64,000 bases of DNA. Source: Octopus sinensis (lineage: Eukaryota). The notes under the pieces are model-generated. The model worked only from the letters and a program-made list of their open reading frames with translations, was not told where the DNA came from and ran no database searches. The stretch is from NCBI RefSeq assembly GCF_006345805.1, contig NC_043008.1, positions 14,322,001 to 14,386,000 of the forward strand, in the 5' to 3' direction. Both the position numbers and the translations under genes were made by a program. Positions 43,519 through 57,476 of this stretch are shown here, in pieces (position 1 is the stretch's first letter; every line of letters begins with the position of its first letter).

Positions 43519-43977
43519 TATTTTATCGAACGCAAAATGATTAACGATAAATTCGACTTCGGTAGGATTTGAAATCAGAAAGTTTAAATACTGTGCCCGT
43601 TTGCTAATGATTCTAGTAAAAGGAAATATTTCATACGCTTATTTCTTTACTTCTTGAATTAAAATTCAAACTTCATATTCCGCCTTAATTTAATCTAGAA
43701 GCGATTGTCTCCGCAGTGCTATCTAACCATTTGTTGCACCCCAGGTGTATAAAATAGATGCTTTCGTTGTCGTTGTTGTTGTTGATGGCTAGCAGAATTT
43801 TTTTTTTTTGATTACTATTTCCGAAGCTCCACAACGTCCAATACGAACACCAACACAACCAATCGAAATAATCACGGGTAAACGTTATAGACATGAGTAG
43901 TTTAGTTGATTCACAACATAATTTTAGAGGGGAGGTAGAAATATTTCTATGTGTAGATTCACTTCATAAGTCTGGCA

Positions 43978-44020
43978 TCCACAGACTAGTTTCGAGGTGG
44001 TTACTTCTTATCAGTGTGGA
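43978..44020 (-). ncRNA. Hammerhead ribozyme motif (G8A variant)
   Basis: uccaca CUGAUAA gaag-uaacca-ccuc GAAA CUA GUC ugugga: 6-bp stem I, ACUAGU palindrome, GUC triplet. Confidence 0.65.
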
Positions 44021-44331
44021 GTAGCCGAACGCAGCAGGCGTCGCTGCTCACCGCCCCTGTTCGAAGATTATAATGGACACAGGTTTGTATGTCGCATAGC
44101 TAGCGAGAGGTGATGGCTTCTCGGAGCTAATCAACGGCAGCATTCGTCCTACATTTCTGGACTGCCATGTTAGCTTGGCGATAACTATTAATACCCAGTA
44201 CCGCTGCCGTAGTCTCTTTCAGAGAGAATTAGAAATAATGATATTTCTAACATACACACACACACACACAATATATATAATATATATATATATATACATA
44301 CATATATATATATTGTATGTATGTATGCATG

Positions 44332-44388
<57 letters not shown>

Positions 44389-45365
44389 TTGCTTGTACGC
44401 ATATGCATATACATATAGATGTTTGAATATATGTGTGTGGAGAGAGAGAAAAAAGAGAGAAAGTGTGTGTGGAAGAGAGATACGAATAAATATATAATTG
44501 TATAAAAGAGTTATGAATGTATACGTATATACATACATACACGTATATATATATATATGTATATATATATATGTGTGTGTGTGTGTGTGGCATACATACA
44601 CGTATATGTATACATATTTGTGCATACATGTTATATATATATATATATACATTTATATAACACTCACATACTTATATATACATACATGTATGTATGTATA
44701 TGTATTTTTTGCGCTGTAGAATATGTTCAACGATATTTATATAAATGCACTGATTTTGGAAGCTTGGAAGAAATAAATATTATTGCAATATAAATAACAT
44801 AAAGTGACAAAAAAATTCTTGATTATTTCTTCTCTATCTACTTCATCAGGAATTTATGTGAGCAAAACGTGTTTTATTTAGTTTAACACATAATTAATCA
44901 ATAGTTTAAGAGAATATTTTTCACATAGTACATACTTGGTTTATTTTTTAACAAATGTCAAAACGTATTCGGTTTAATATTTCAGATTTTTATTAAGGAT
45001 ATTTATGCAAATTAATAAGGTAGGCAGCGAAAGCGAAGCGAGTAAAAAAGAGTGGGGAATAGAGAAAAAGAAAGTCACACGAGAGACGTAGAAGGAAGAA
45101 GGAACGTTTGGAATGTGTACGGTGTTATTGGCGTTCCTTAGACTGTGAAAAATTGTTCAGAGCTTGTTTATATGCTTTTTCGAATGTCTTTATTTTATTT
45201 AGTGTTTGTATGCAAGAATTTGTGTTTTTAGTAACATATATGTGTCTAATAATATATTTAGACGTGCACGCACACACACAAACACACACACGTACGTAGA
45301 CATAAACAGATGTGTATGTATGTATATATATGTATGTATGTATATTCTTTACCTAGGTGCATATG

Positions 45366-45760
45366 TAGGCGCAGGCATGGCAGTATGATAAGAAGCTTGC
45401 TTTCCAACCCCAATGCTTCCGGGTTCAGTCCCACTGCTTGGCCAAGCATTTTCCGCTATAGCCTCGGGCCGACCAAAACTCTGGGAATGGATTTGGTAGC
45501 AGGAAACTGAAATATACCTGTCCTATATATATTCTTTTTTTTTTGTATGTGTTTCACTCATTTAACGGCGGCTATGCTGGAGCACAGCCTTTAGTCGAAC
45601 AAGTGGACCCCAGGACTTAGTCCTTGCAAGCCTAGTACTTATTCTATCGGTCTCTTTTGCCAAACTGTTAATTTGAGGGAACGTAAACACACAAACACCG
45701 GCTGTCAAGCGATGATGGGGGACAAACGCAAACACGCAAAGATATATATATATATATATA

Positions 45761-45797
<37 letters not shown>

Positions 45798-45950
45798 CGG
45801 GCTTCTTTCAGTTTCCGTCTACCAAATCCACTCACAAGCTTTTGATCGGCCTGAGGCTATAGTAGAAGAAATTTACCTTAGATGCAACGCAGTGAGACTG
45901 TACCGGGAACCATGTGATTGTGAAGAAAACTTCTTACCACACAGGCACTC
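45366..45950. mobile_element. Two opposed family B SINEs
   Basis: + head 45366-45510; - copy 45540-45950. Confidence 0.78.
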
Positions 45951-46034
45951 CCGTATGTATGTATGTATATATAATATAAATACGATATAATATATATATG
46001 TGTGTGTGTGTGGTGTGTGTGTGTGTGTGTGTGT

Positions 46035-46240
46035 GCGACCTCGTGTGTACCGTTGGCGATTTTTTTTCCTCTGTCTTCCCTTCTCTGGATCTTTCCTTCT
46101 CCTATGTTTCCGACGAAGAGTTCCGCTCGAAACGTTAAACCCTCCTTCTTTCCATCTTTCCTGAGCGTCCAATAATACTATATTTGTTCCACGTCCTCGC
46201 GTTGTTGTGCTTTTTTGTGCTTTCTTGTTTGGATTAACTT
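46035..46240 (+). mobile_element. HHR-bearing repeat (same family as 12783-12995)
   Basis: HHR at 46106-46140: guuu CCGACGA a gag..cuc GAAACGUU aaac (U4C). Confidence 0.72.
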
Positions 46241-46314
46241 TTATATATATATATATATGTATATAAATATATACTTACTTGGCAATGGATGCGTGGCGTT
46301 CAATTATATATATA

Positions 46315-46379
<65 letters not shown>

Positions 46380-47110
46380 ATGAATATTTATATATATTGT
46401 GTATTATATATATATAAACATGCACGCGCACAGATATGTGCATGCGTGTGGATGTATATATCTATTTGTATTGACTTTGTGTTTTCGTTGAAACAGAACA
46501 CGTGATTGAAAGAGGAGAGAGTGTGTAGGACATAGAAAAGTATGCAACATGAGTGTGCTCAGTTTATTTATATTTCCTGTCTATTCAAGTTTCATTTCAT
46601 CATTAAATTAAACATCCCTATTTCATATTTACCTGTTTTAGATATATATTCCGCTTTTAGCCTGCATTCACATTACCCAATTTTCAGTCAATATATCTAT
46701 ATTTTCCGAAGGTGCACTCGATGCACACGCGCGTATTCTCGTGTAAGAATGTTACAATTCTATATGCCCAGCACATTTTCAGTATCTTTCCAGCATGGTG
46801 GTTGTTATTTATTTTTACTTCTCATAAATGTGATTCACTTATTTCCTGTGCCTTTTTCTGTAAAGAAAGGAGTGAAAAGGTGGAGTGAATTAATATTTCG
46901 TTTATTTGTGGTTTTTCAAGTTACCGAAAATGCTATGTGTGTACGAATATAATTGTTTAATTTATATTTCCTAATGTATTTATATCAATATTCATATGGT
47001 TGTAGACAGACACAGAGATCTGTGGGAAAAGATTTCCGGACAATGGACAGGCATCAAAATAATAAATATGATAAAATAAAAATAATAAGCGAATGAAGAA
47101 TATATATATA

Positions 47111-47174
<64 letters not shown>

Positions 47175-47176
47175 CA

Positions 47177-47774
47177 TTGATTCGACGGTCATTCGGAATG
47201 CTCACAGCAGCCATATTCCTACCACTCTATGTCACGCTGGTGAGACCCATATTGGAGTATGGGATTCAAGCCTCTTCTCCTTATCTCCTCAAAGACATAC
47301 AGCATCTCGAAAGAGTCCAGAAGCTGGCTACCCGCATGGTTCATGGTCTGAAAAATTTGTCCTACGAAGAAAGGCTGAGGACGCTCGACCTTTATTCTCT
47401 TGAAAAACGCCGCCCCCGTGGTGATCTCATTCTTGCCCACAACATCATAAGCGGAAAGTGTAACCTCTCGAAAGAGCTGTTCTTCACTCCTGCTCCAGAG
47501 CGTCGGCTGCGGGGTCATTCCGAAAAGCTCTACCTGCGACGATTTCATCTTAATCGAAGGAGAGGAGCTTTCTCCGTCCGGGTTGCGGATCCGTGGAACA
47601 AGCTGCCAGACGAGATGGTGGAGATGCCGACGACCGCTTTGTTCAAAGCCTCCCTGGACCTCAAGTGGCCTGAACTCTTTACATGAACACCACCCTGTAC
47701 TTAACTCCATGTCCCCCTACATGGCCTTGCTATTTGCTTTTGAGCCAAATTAACTAACTAACTAACTAACTAAC
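47177..47774 (+). mobile_element. CR1-group LINE 3' end, 5'-truncated, with (TAAC)n tail
   Basis: Open ORF2 C-terminus LYVTLVRPILEYG..LERVQKLATRMV.GL..LSYEERL..L.LYSLEKRR.RGDLI..RGHSEKL..FSVRV..WNKLP (stop at 47686), short 3'UTR, TAAC repeats. Confidence 0.92.
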
Positions 47775-48474
47775 ATATGTGTGTGTGAATATATGTATGT
47801 GTATGCATGTATGTATATATATATACATACATATATATAATATATAATATAATATATATATATATGTGTGTGTGTATGTATGTATGCATGCATGTATGTA
47901 TGTAGGCATGTATGCATGTATGTATGTACATATATGTGTGAATGTGCGTTTGTGTTTGTATTTGTGTGTGTATGCACAAGTGAGAAATTTTTTTTAATCC
48001 ATTTGAATGCATAAATATAACGTTTTAACGTTTTCAGCCATTTGTATAAAGATATTTTTTCCTCTTCACCAGACTTTTCTCCTTTTTCCACGAATAAAAA
48101 ACAAAATGAATGTCCAATAAACGAACCACTTTTATGAGAAATAAAAAAAAAACGTATCTTCAATAAAGGAAAGATATTCAAGATGGAGGATCATTGCTGT
48201 CACGGACCGGATGAGAATACTATGTACGTGTGTCTCTAGCTGTTCTTTCGATGACACTCAAAAACCGAAATATGGCTGATACTAAGAGAAAAAGCTAAGA
48301 ATGGAACAATGTCCACACCGCCTGAATTAAATCTTTAATGTACGTTGGTCTTTGCAGATAAATTCAAATATGAACTGAGAAGGTTCGATTTCTATCTGTC
48401 CCACTCGTCCTCTCTCCCGTCACCTCTCACTCTCTCTCCTTTCTTTCTTTGTTTATCTATCTTTTATCTTTTTT

Positions 48475-49080
48475 CTAATAACTTGTTTCAGTCATCAGAC
48501 TGCGGTCATGTAGGGGCACTGCTTTGAAGAATTTTTAGTTGAATGAATCAACCCAAATACTTTTTTTCTATTTCAAGCCTGGTACTTATTCTCTTGTTCT
48601 CCCTTTGCCGAACTGCTAGGTTACGGGGACTTAAATACAAAACCGGTTCTCAAGTGATAGCAGAGACAAACACACACGAAAAGACACACAGTCACATACA
48701 TATGTAGATATATATTTCTTCTATTCTTTAACTTGTTTCAGCCAGTTGACTGCGGCCAAGCTGAAACACCTCTTTGAAAAGTTTTACTTGAACAAGTCGA
48801 CCCCAGGACTTATTCAATCGTTTCTTTTACCGAACTGCTAAGTTATGGGGGACATAAACACTGTTTGTCAAGCGAAGATGGGGGCACGAACACAGACGTA
48901 TAAAGACACACGACGCCCCTCTTTCAGTTTCCGTCAAGCAAATCCACTCTCAATGATTTGGTCGGGTCGGCCTGAGGCTATAATAGATGACACTTGCACA
49001 ACATGCCGCGCAGTGGGACTGAACCCGGAATCATGCGGTTGGGAAGTGAACTTCTTAGCACACAGCCATGCTGGTGCCTA
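48475..49080 (-). mobile_element. Family B SINE copies (3' half plus near-complete copy)
   Basis: Reverse-complement matches to 2728-3132. Confidence 0.78.
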
Positions 49081-49818
49081 TCCCTAAAAGTATTTATGGC
49101 ACTATCTATGATGCAGTTTCCTTTTCTCTCTTACACCGTCTCGCTCTCCAGCTCTATACAACGAAAGCTATCACTTAAATGTAAGAAATAGACTGTAGTT
49201 CTATCTTGATGACACGCAAAGGTACAGAAATATAGAACGTTTATAGATGCAAAAAAAATGTTTAGCATAAAACAAATTAATTCAACTTTATAAATACAAC
49301 ATACCGAAACACTGGAAAGTATATTTTTCACGTCTTTACTCGGTTCTCTCCATTACACGAAAAATAGGGAACATAATCAAGGAACGATATTTTATAAGTT
49401 TTTTACACGTAATTTGTTAGAAATTAATGGCACTTTTTTTCTGTTTTTACTTTTGTGATAGGATTTGTACCTACTTCTTTACATAGAAGTGAGAATGTAC
49501 TCACAGACAGACACACACATGTACACATATATTCTCACTCACACACGAACATATAAGTAATATGTATATAATGTAAATGTAGTAAATATATACACATATA
49601 TATAATATATATTTAGTATATTTTTATACATACATTATCTATAATACATGTAATACACTGAAATAAATAAATATTTAAACAAATTGCTATACATGTATAT
49701 ATCTATATACATGCATATATATTTTCCTACAAACATATAAATATATATTATATGCATGTATATTTATATATACATATATGCATGTGTATACATTTATACA
49801 TATATACATATATATACA

Positions 49819-49850
<32 letters not shown>

Positions 49851-49859
49851 CTTTACATT

Positions 49860-49895
<36 letters not shown>

Positions 49896-50175
49896 GTGTG
49901 TATATATATATGTATGCATGTATGTAAGTATGTATGTATGTACGTATGTATGTATGTATACGTCCATATCCTGCGTGTGAATTTTCCGTTCGTTCCTTTG
50001 TCGTGCTTCTGTTTAATTTTTGAAGTGTATATATATTGATATATATATATATTTGTATGTATGTATGTATGTATTATGTATGTGTGTGTATGTATGTATG
50101 TATTATGTATGTGTGTGTATGTATATATATATGTGCGTGTATATATATATAAATACACATACACGTTTATATATT

Positions 50176-50214
<39 letters not shown>

Positions 50215-50218
<4 letters not shown>

Positions 50219-50535
50219 TAAGCAATAAAGGGTTTAGCAACGAATTGCCTTACCACATACCGAATTTAGAAATAGCAGTCAAAGAGTTATAGCTATTTCT
50301 TCTACTAAAAAGGGGATCTCAGTAAAAACAGCAATTGAGATCTCCCTTTTTAGTAGAAGAAATAGCTATAACTCTTTGACTGCTATTTCTAAATTCGGTA
50401 TGTGGTAAGGCAATTCGTTGCTAAACCTTTATTTGCTTAGTATTACTTAAATTTTCCTCGAATGAGGCTTTTACATGCCGAAGACTACTTGGTGTAATTG
50501 ATAATTATTCCAAATTAATTAATTTCACCCTTCAT

Positions 50536-50540
<5 letters not shown>
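50215..50540. mobile_element. Near-perfect inverted-repeat element (about 107-bp arms) inside (TA)n
   Basis: Arms 50215-50321 and 50336-50443, 14-nt spacer, right extension about 95 bp. Confidence 0.8.
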
Positions 50541-50579
<39 letters not shown>

Positions 50580-51276
50580 TATATACATATACATATACAT
50601 ATACATACATACACAATTTTCTTTCGACTTTTATTTTTACTTTTCTAATCTCCATTTTGGCGTTTCTATTTTGTAGATATTAATTGCAGTTTGCTTGCCT
50701 GCTTCTATTTGCCTTGTGTTTTAGTTTTGCTTTTTCTTTGTAAAAAAGTTGTTTTTTTTCAAGTGTCGATATATCCACATATTACCTTTAGCAGCAACAT
50801 GTAGTATAATCTGAGCTAATAAATGACTGTTATCTACCTAACATATGGATTTTTCCTTAACAGTCTCATTATCAATTAAAAGACACATTTTTCAAATTAT
50901 TTCTTCTTAGTTTTTTTATCAGTTTATTTTACTATACAATATATGTTCTTTTAATTTTTCGACATTTTGCGTAGTTATATGTTGGCTCTCTATGTACTTC
51001 TAATGTATATCAATAGACTTGCTATAAGCCTATCTTAATTCCTACTTATCAAATAGGTATTTTGGTTGATAAGTAATATATTTTTTGCTTTCGTGATCAG
51101 TTTGTTAGATTTGCGTTTTAGTGAATAGGCTTATTCGATAATTCATTTTTAATTTTTTTATCAACTGAACGAAACCTGAGAAGTTTTACGTTAAAACCTA
51201 CCTGTGCCATATACATAAATATACACATTGGCGTCTACACCCTGTCTACACACACACACACGAAATATATATATAA

Positions 51277-51322
<46 letters not shown>

Positions 51323-51431
51323 TCATCCATACGTACATTGCTATGTATATCCATTTTTAGATCCACAAGCATGTTGTTGTTGCTGTTGCTATTGCTGTTG
51401 CTGTTGCTATTTCTGTTGCTGTTGTTGTTGT

Positions 51432-51601
51432 TGTTACGTTCTAAGTTCAAATTCCGCCGAGGTCGACTTTGCCTTTCATCCTTTCGGGGTCGATAAATAA
51501 AGAACCAGTTTCGCACTGGGGTCAATGTAATTGACTTAATCCCTTTGTCTGTCCTTGTTTGTCCCCTCTATGTTTAGCCCCTTGTAGGTAGTAAAGAAAT
51601 A
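51432..51601 (+). mobile_element. 5'-truncated family A SINE within (GTT)n
   Basis: B-box to AAAGAAATA tail. Confidence 0.88.
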
Positions 51602-51805
51602 TATTGTTTTTGTTGTTGTTGTTGTTATTGTTGTTCTCGTCGTTATTGTAGCAGTAGTGTTTTTAGCTTTGTCAAAATACAAAGTATAATCGATAAAAAA
51701 AATGATATTACTGATTATGCACGTACTTTAGTATCTAAATAAATGTATATGAGAGTGTTCGTGTGGTGTATGTATTTGTGTGTGTGCGTTTGCATGAATG
51801 TGCAT

Positions 51806-51844
<39 letters not shown>

Positions 51845-52699
51845 TAAGTGTGCATATCTAATTTTTAGCTGAATCTTCGCAAATTCCTACTCTAAGTTTC
51901 AGGTTTTACAAATTTTTACAGATTAATTTATGAATCGATCTCATATTGATGCAGAAACTAAAAAACTGCCGGAATATAAAACTGAAAAATAGAGAAGGTT
52001 TAAGATTTTAACATGCTTAACCTGTGCAATTCTATGATACAAAGCTTTCCGGTTTACAATCGCTAAGCATATTGAAACGTGTCAACAAACTCAATTTGTG
52101 TGTAATGTTTAACTATATGTTATAATCCTTACGTCCTGTACAACCGTTTCACATTTTAAAGTCTTCTTTAAAAAGTCGTTTGACAGCATCAAAATATATT
52201 AACTTTGTACTAGTGTGTTAGATAAAAATTACTCTACAGAATATTTTTCCGAAAGACAAATATAGCAACCACTGTTATTCATTTTGATTATGATTTCATG
52301 ATGTTTAATATTCCTCTTTGTTTCAAAACACCTGTCAAATATTTTTCAAATGTATTATAGTTTTAAATGAGTTTAAATTGACTCATTATATTAACTAGAA
52401 ACCAAATCATTACATTTGCTCCATCAACTGCCGACGTCAAGCAAGTAAAACGTATATAATGGACAACTGATGATGCTTACTCCATACGCGAAAATCGGCA
52501 AGTCAGTTTTCGAATGCATAAGGAACATACGCACACACAAACACAAACGATCCTTTATATATATAGATATACGAAGGTCTTCTTTCAGTTTTCATCTACG
52601 AAATACATCTGTTTCTACGTCTTTTGCTCTTTCACAGCGAAACCCAGTATTTCTATATATGTACGTACCTACGTATGTATGCATGTATTATGCGTGCAT

Positions 52700-53241
52700 T
52701 ATGACTGTATGTATGTATGTATGTATGTATGTATGTATGTATGTATGTATGTATGTATGCGATCATGTATATATGTATATACGTATGTATATATATGCGT
52801 GACAGTATGTATGTATGTATGTACGTATGTATACATCATCATGTATGTATGTATGCATGTATGTATGTATGTAAGTATGTATACATCATCATGTATGTAT
52901 GTATGTATGCATGTATGTATGTATGTATGTATGTATGTATGCATGTATGTATGTACGTATGTATACATCATCATGTATGTATGTATGTATGTATGTATGT
53001 ATGCATGTATGTATGTATGTATGTATGCATGTATGTATGTACGTATGTATACATCATCATGTATGTATGTATGTATGTATGTATGTATGTATGCATGTAT
53101 GCATGTATGTATGTATGCATGCATGTGTGTGTGTATGCATGTATGTATGTATGTATGTATCTATGCATGTATGTATGTATGTATGTATGTATATATGTTA
53201 TGTATGTATGTATGTATGTATGTATGTATGTATGTATGTAT
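52700..53241. repeat. (ATGT)n array with higher-order unit
   Basis: GTATGTATACATCATCATGTATG anchor recurs four times. Confidence 0.92.
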
Positions 53242-53754
53242 GAACAAGTTCAAGTTCACTAGAACTTCACTAAGTTATGCTTATTGGTTTCTTCAACAAG
53301 TTTACTCGCAGTAAATCACCCCAAGCAATGACTGTCCCGCTGTTATTCTTAAACACGCCTTAAAATATTAACAGCATTTTAGTGCACACACACACACACG
53401 CACACACACATACATACACACACCCTCTCTCTCATAAACTCGCACAAACACTCATGGCCGCTGCAGTTCAACGCCTCAGAAAAGACTTGTAACATAAAAC
53501 ATAAAAGTTTCAATTATCTTAATATAATGTTCAGAGCATTAAGTCTGCATAGTCCTGTTTCTGATGGCTTTGAAAGTATTTAGCTTAACCACTTTACTAC
53601 TATGTTTTTATATGACCTCTATGTCTCTGCAGTTATAAATATGTTGTCCTATGCGATAGCTACTGCTTCCTGTTGGCAGTTTCCTCAGAAATTAACTACC
53701 ATAATCTAAATTCTACGCCCTAAACATGTATGAGTGTGTGTATTATGTTTGTAT

Positions 53755-53766
53755 ACATACATACAC

Positions 53767-53811
<45 letters not shown>

Positions 53812-53848
53812 TATATTATATATATATATAAGATATATAATATATATG

Positions 53849-53880
<32 letters not shown>

Positions 53881-54037
53881 GTATTATATTATATATATAT
53901 TATATATATATATATATTATATATATTATATATATATATATATTATATATATATATATACACCACATATATATATATACACATATATATATACACATATA
54001 TATATATATATATACACATATATATATATATTATATA

Positions 54038-54068
<31 letters not shown>

Positions 54069-54255
54069 ACATATATACATATATACATATATATATATAT
54101 ATGTGTGTTGTATATATATATATATATATATATAATATACATATATATATATATATACATATATATAATATCATATATATATATATAATATATATATATA
54201 TATCTATATATATATATATATATATATACGTGAATACATACATATATGCATACAT
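53755..54255. repeat. (TA)n array
   Basis: Direct inspection. Confidence 0.95.
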
Positions 54256-55705
54256 CTGTATTCTCTAAACCGGAAATTTATTACTTGCTTTTCAAGAGAA
54301 TAATTTATATAAAAATTCGTTCAGAAATACATGTTCACAAAATTCTATTTTATTGACTAAATTTCAGGAAATTACAGTGTGAAACTTTGGTTTATTTTTT
54401 GTTTTTTATATATTTTTTATTCTTTTTTTTAAATTAACTCAAATATATATTTGAAAATATGTACTTTCAATTTTTTTTATATTTTATTGTCTTTTTGTAG
54501 TTTTTATCTTATTTTAATTTTTTTTTTTTTTACTATTTGGCAAAGTGGGTGGTTTTTTCAAGGGAAGTGCTAATTTGTTTAAGCAGTTTGGCATTTATTA
54601 AACTATTTCACTTCTATATACTTTATAAAAGTTTGTGAAGCGAAAAAATATATAAGATTTATAACCACACATTCGTACAACTAGACAAACATATATCTCT
54701 TAGGTAAATTGCTTGTCAAAATAAGCAACACAGCTCCAACCAAGAGGAAAACAGGCAACTATATGCATACATATTATAATATCAACATAGATATACACGC
54801 AGAAATACATACACATAACGTATATATTATCGCCATAGCTTTTCTTTATCCATTCATTTTGTACGAGCATAGGGTGAAATGATTTGGAATTCAGCGTCTT
54901 CCCACGTATCTAGAAACTGCACAGAATATTTTATGAGGTTTAATACGTATGTATGTATGTAGGTATGTATGAATATATGTATGAGTGTGGCGTATGTGCT
55001 CTGTGTGTGTCGAAAAATAATATCAAAGTAAAATAATTTTAAACTTATTGAAACAAAGAATATGTTTGAATTGCGTGTTTACATACAAAAATATGGTAGT
55101 AAACCTATCTTGGCAAAAGTAACAAAGTACAGTGTTGAGCTAAAATATTGCCGTTATACATCGTTTATGTTTCACAGTATAACTTCCACTATGGTAATTT
55201 ATATTTGTATATATTTTATATTGTATTTTGGAAAAGAAAATAAATAAATATAAAAAACGTAACGTTGCTGGTTACTGATTTCAAGCGAGCTATTCGCTGG
55301 TTCACTGCATTTTTACGATGGCTAGAGTAACAAGGGAATGTTTGAACATCTCAAGCGGAACAAATACCAGAATTTATTTTTTGTTTGAAGAACTCAGCTT
55401 TATCGTTTTTTTTTTTGTTTTTTTGGGGGGGGGTTCGTTATTTCTTTGTTTTATTTTTTCTCTTATGCTTGCAAATTTCACGAGCATATACTGTCAAATT
55501 CCACAAGGTATATATTAATTAATCTTAGAGAAGTGTTATTCATCAAAAATATTCTGAAAATACTCAAGTGTGATTGTGCGGTTGAGAATCTCCTTTTGCA
55601 ACTACGTGGGTTCGAGTTTAGTTTTACTCGAACCCACGCGACACCTGGTGTAAATATATTTCCAAGCCGAACAATGTGCCTTTTTTTCTTATAACTAATA
55701 ATGAA

Positions 55706-55915
55706 GCCGGCGAGCTGGCAGAATCTTTAGCATCCCGGGCTAAATGTTTAATAACATTTCCTCCGTCTGAACGTTCTGAGTTCAAATTTCGCTAAGATCG
55801 ACTTTGCATGTCATCCTTTCGGGGTCGGTAAAATAAGTAACAATCATGTACTGTAGTCGTTATAATCGACTTGCCTCTCCCGCCAAAATTTCGGGCCTTG
55901 CGCCTCTGATAGACA
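55706..55915 (+). mobile_element. SINE family A
   Basis: GGCGAGCTGGCAGAATC head, core, CCAAAATTTCGGGCCTTG tail. Confidence 0.83.
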
Positions 55916-57222
55916 GGACTTTTGTATAGCAACTGAAGGGAAGGATATTGGGAAACTGGGTTATTCATAAATGGATTTATTTTAAATAACATAATTTGCA
56001 ATCAAATATTTGTTGCAGTTATATTTTGGTAATATGAAACGGAAAGAAAATCAGGACCATATTGAAATTTTATAATTGTGTAAAGCATGGAAAATTGGTC
56101 TAAAATGAACCAGAATCTCTTCATAAATCCATTTGGTTGCAAGATTACCTCTAACTTATACTTTCTACCAGTACTAATAAAACAAACAAACAGAGATTTG
56201 AGACAAGAGAAAATGAGATAATGCCGATGGCAGCATTCAGTAGAAAAATTCTTTAGTTCGTTGTATTTTCATAATTACTTTCATTTTAAAGAATCCAGTT
56301 TATTCTAAGACCATTTCAGTCAATCAGTTTGTTTATTTTCATAAGTGTTTTCACAATTCCAATTTTCAGATAGGAAATGCCCACTTCCAAAGGTTATCAA
56401 AGCCGCTGGCTAGATGTTGAGAGATCGTAATTACATATTGTCTCATACAATTCCACCGGTTCCACTTACCAAGAATGAAAGATAAGTTTGAAATGTATTT
56501 CCTGCTGTTCAAAATATAGATTTATTATTCAATGTGCCTGAAGCCTCTTAGTGAGACATGCCATCTGATATTTCCAATAAATACTGGAAATACACAAAAG
56601 TGGAATATAATTATTTCTTTTTAATGCTTTCAGTTGATTTTACGTGAGGCTACAATGTTTAAGAGAGCGTGGATGGTTGAAATGATAGCAAACCAAATAA
56701 TCAGACATGAATGTAACAGTGTATATCTTGCCTCTATCGCTTTGTTGCATATGTTGTTAACATTATCGATTATCATAGGGCACTGTCAGCTTCGCTGTAA
56801 AATGATTCCACTGAGCATGAATATTTTGGACAACAATGGCCCAGAAAAATCAAGGAGCGTTTTCAAAGTTTGCATTGTCTAAGGGAAATTCTTCGTATGG
56901 TTATATCTTAGCAACAGACAACTTCCACCAGGCTGCCTTATTTTCAATACGTTAAATGATGAGCAGCCTTTAAATTTAATGAGACGAAAGATTGTCAGAG
57001 ACGTTGCTATTAGCAAGTGTCTGAGTGACTCAGATGTGAATGTATATGTTTGCCTATTTCCATGGTGCAATCTCTTTCTAGAACCAAGTGAGTCTAACTC
57101 GATAAATAGATTAGAATCAGGAATGTATGCATTAAACGAGAAAGGCTGAAAAAGAATGCCAATCAAAAGATGGCGGAAAAATTCCAATATAAAAAAAAAA
57201 TCTCCTAAGAAATATATACATA

Positions 57223-57457
57223 TATATTTCTTTATTGCCCACAAGGGGCTAAACATAGAGGGGACAAACAAGGACAGGAAGAGGGATTAAGTCGATTACA
57301 TCGACCCCAGTGCGAAACTGGTACTTTATTTATCGACCCCGAAAGGATGAAAGGCAAAGTCGACCTCGGCGGAATTTGAACTCAGAACGTAACGACAGAC
57401 GAAAAACCGCTAAGCATTTCGCCCGGTGCGCTAACGTGTCTGCCAGCACGCCGCCTC
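57223..57457 (-). mobile_element. SINE family A, full length with TSD
   Basis: TSD AAATATATACATAT on both sides (57209-57222, 57458-57471). Confidence 0.9.
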
Positions 57458-57476
57458 AAATATATACATATTTAAT

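Noticed and set aside
44986-45019. Possible micro-exon overlapping an ATGCAAAT octamer
   Set aside because: Stops in two frames; such motifs are expected by chance in AT-rich DNA.
56370-57180. Unique-looking stretch with 82-aa and 130-aa ORFs
   Set aside because: Stops in candidate exon frames and no recognisable domain; the longer ORF starts inside a SINE.
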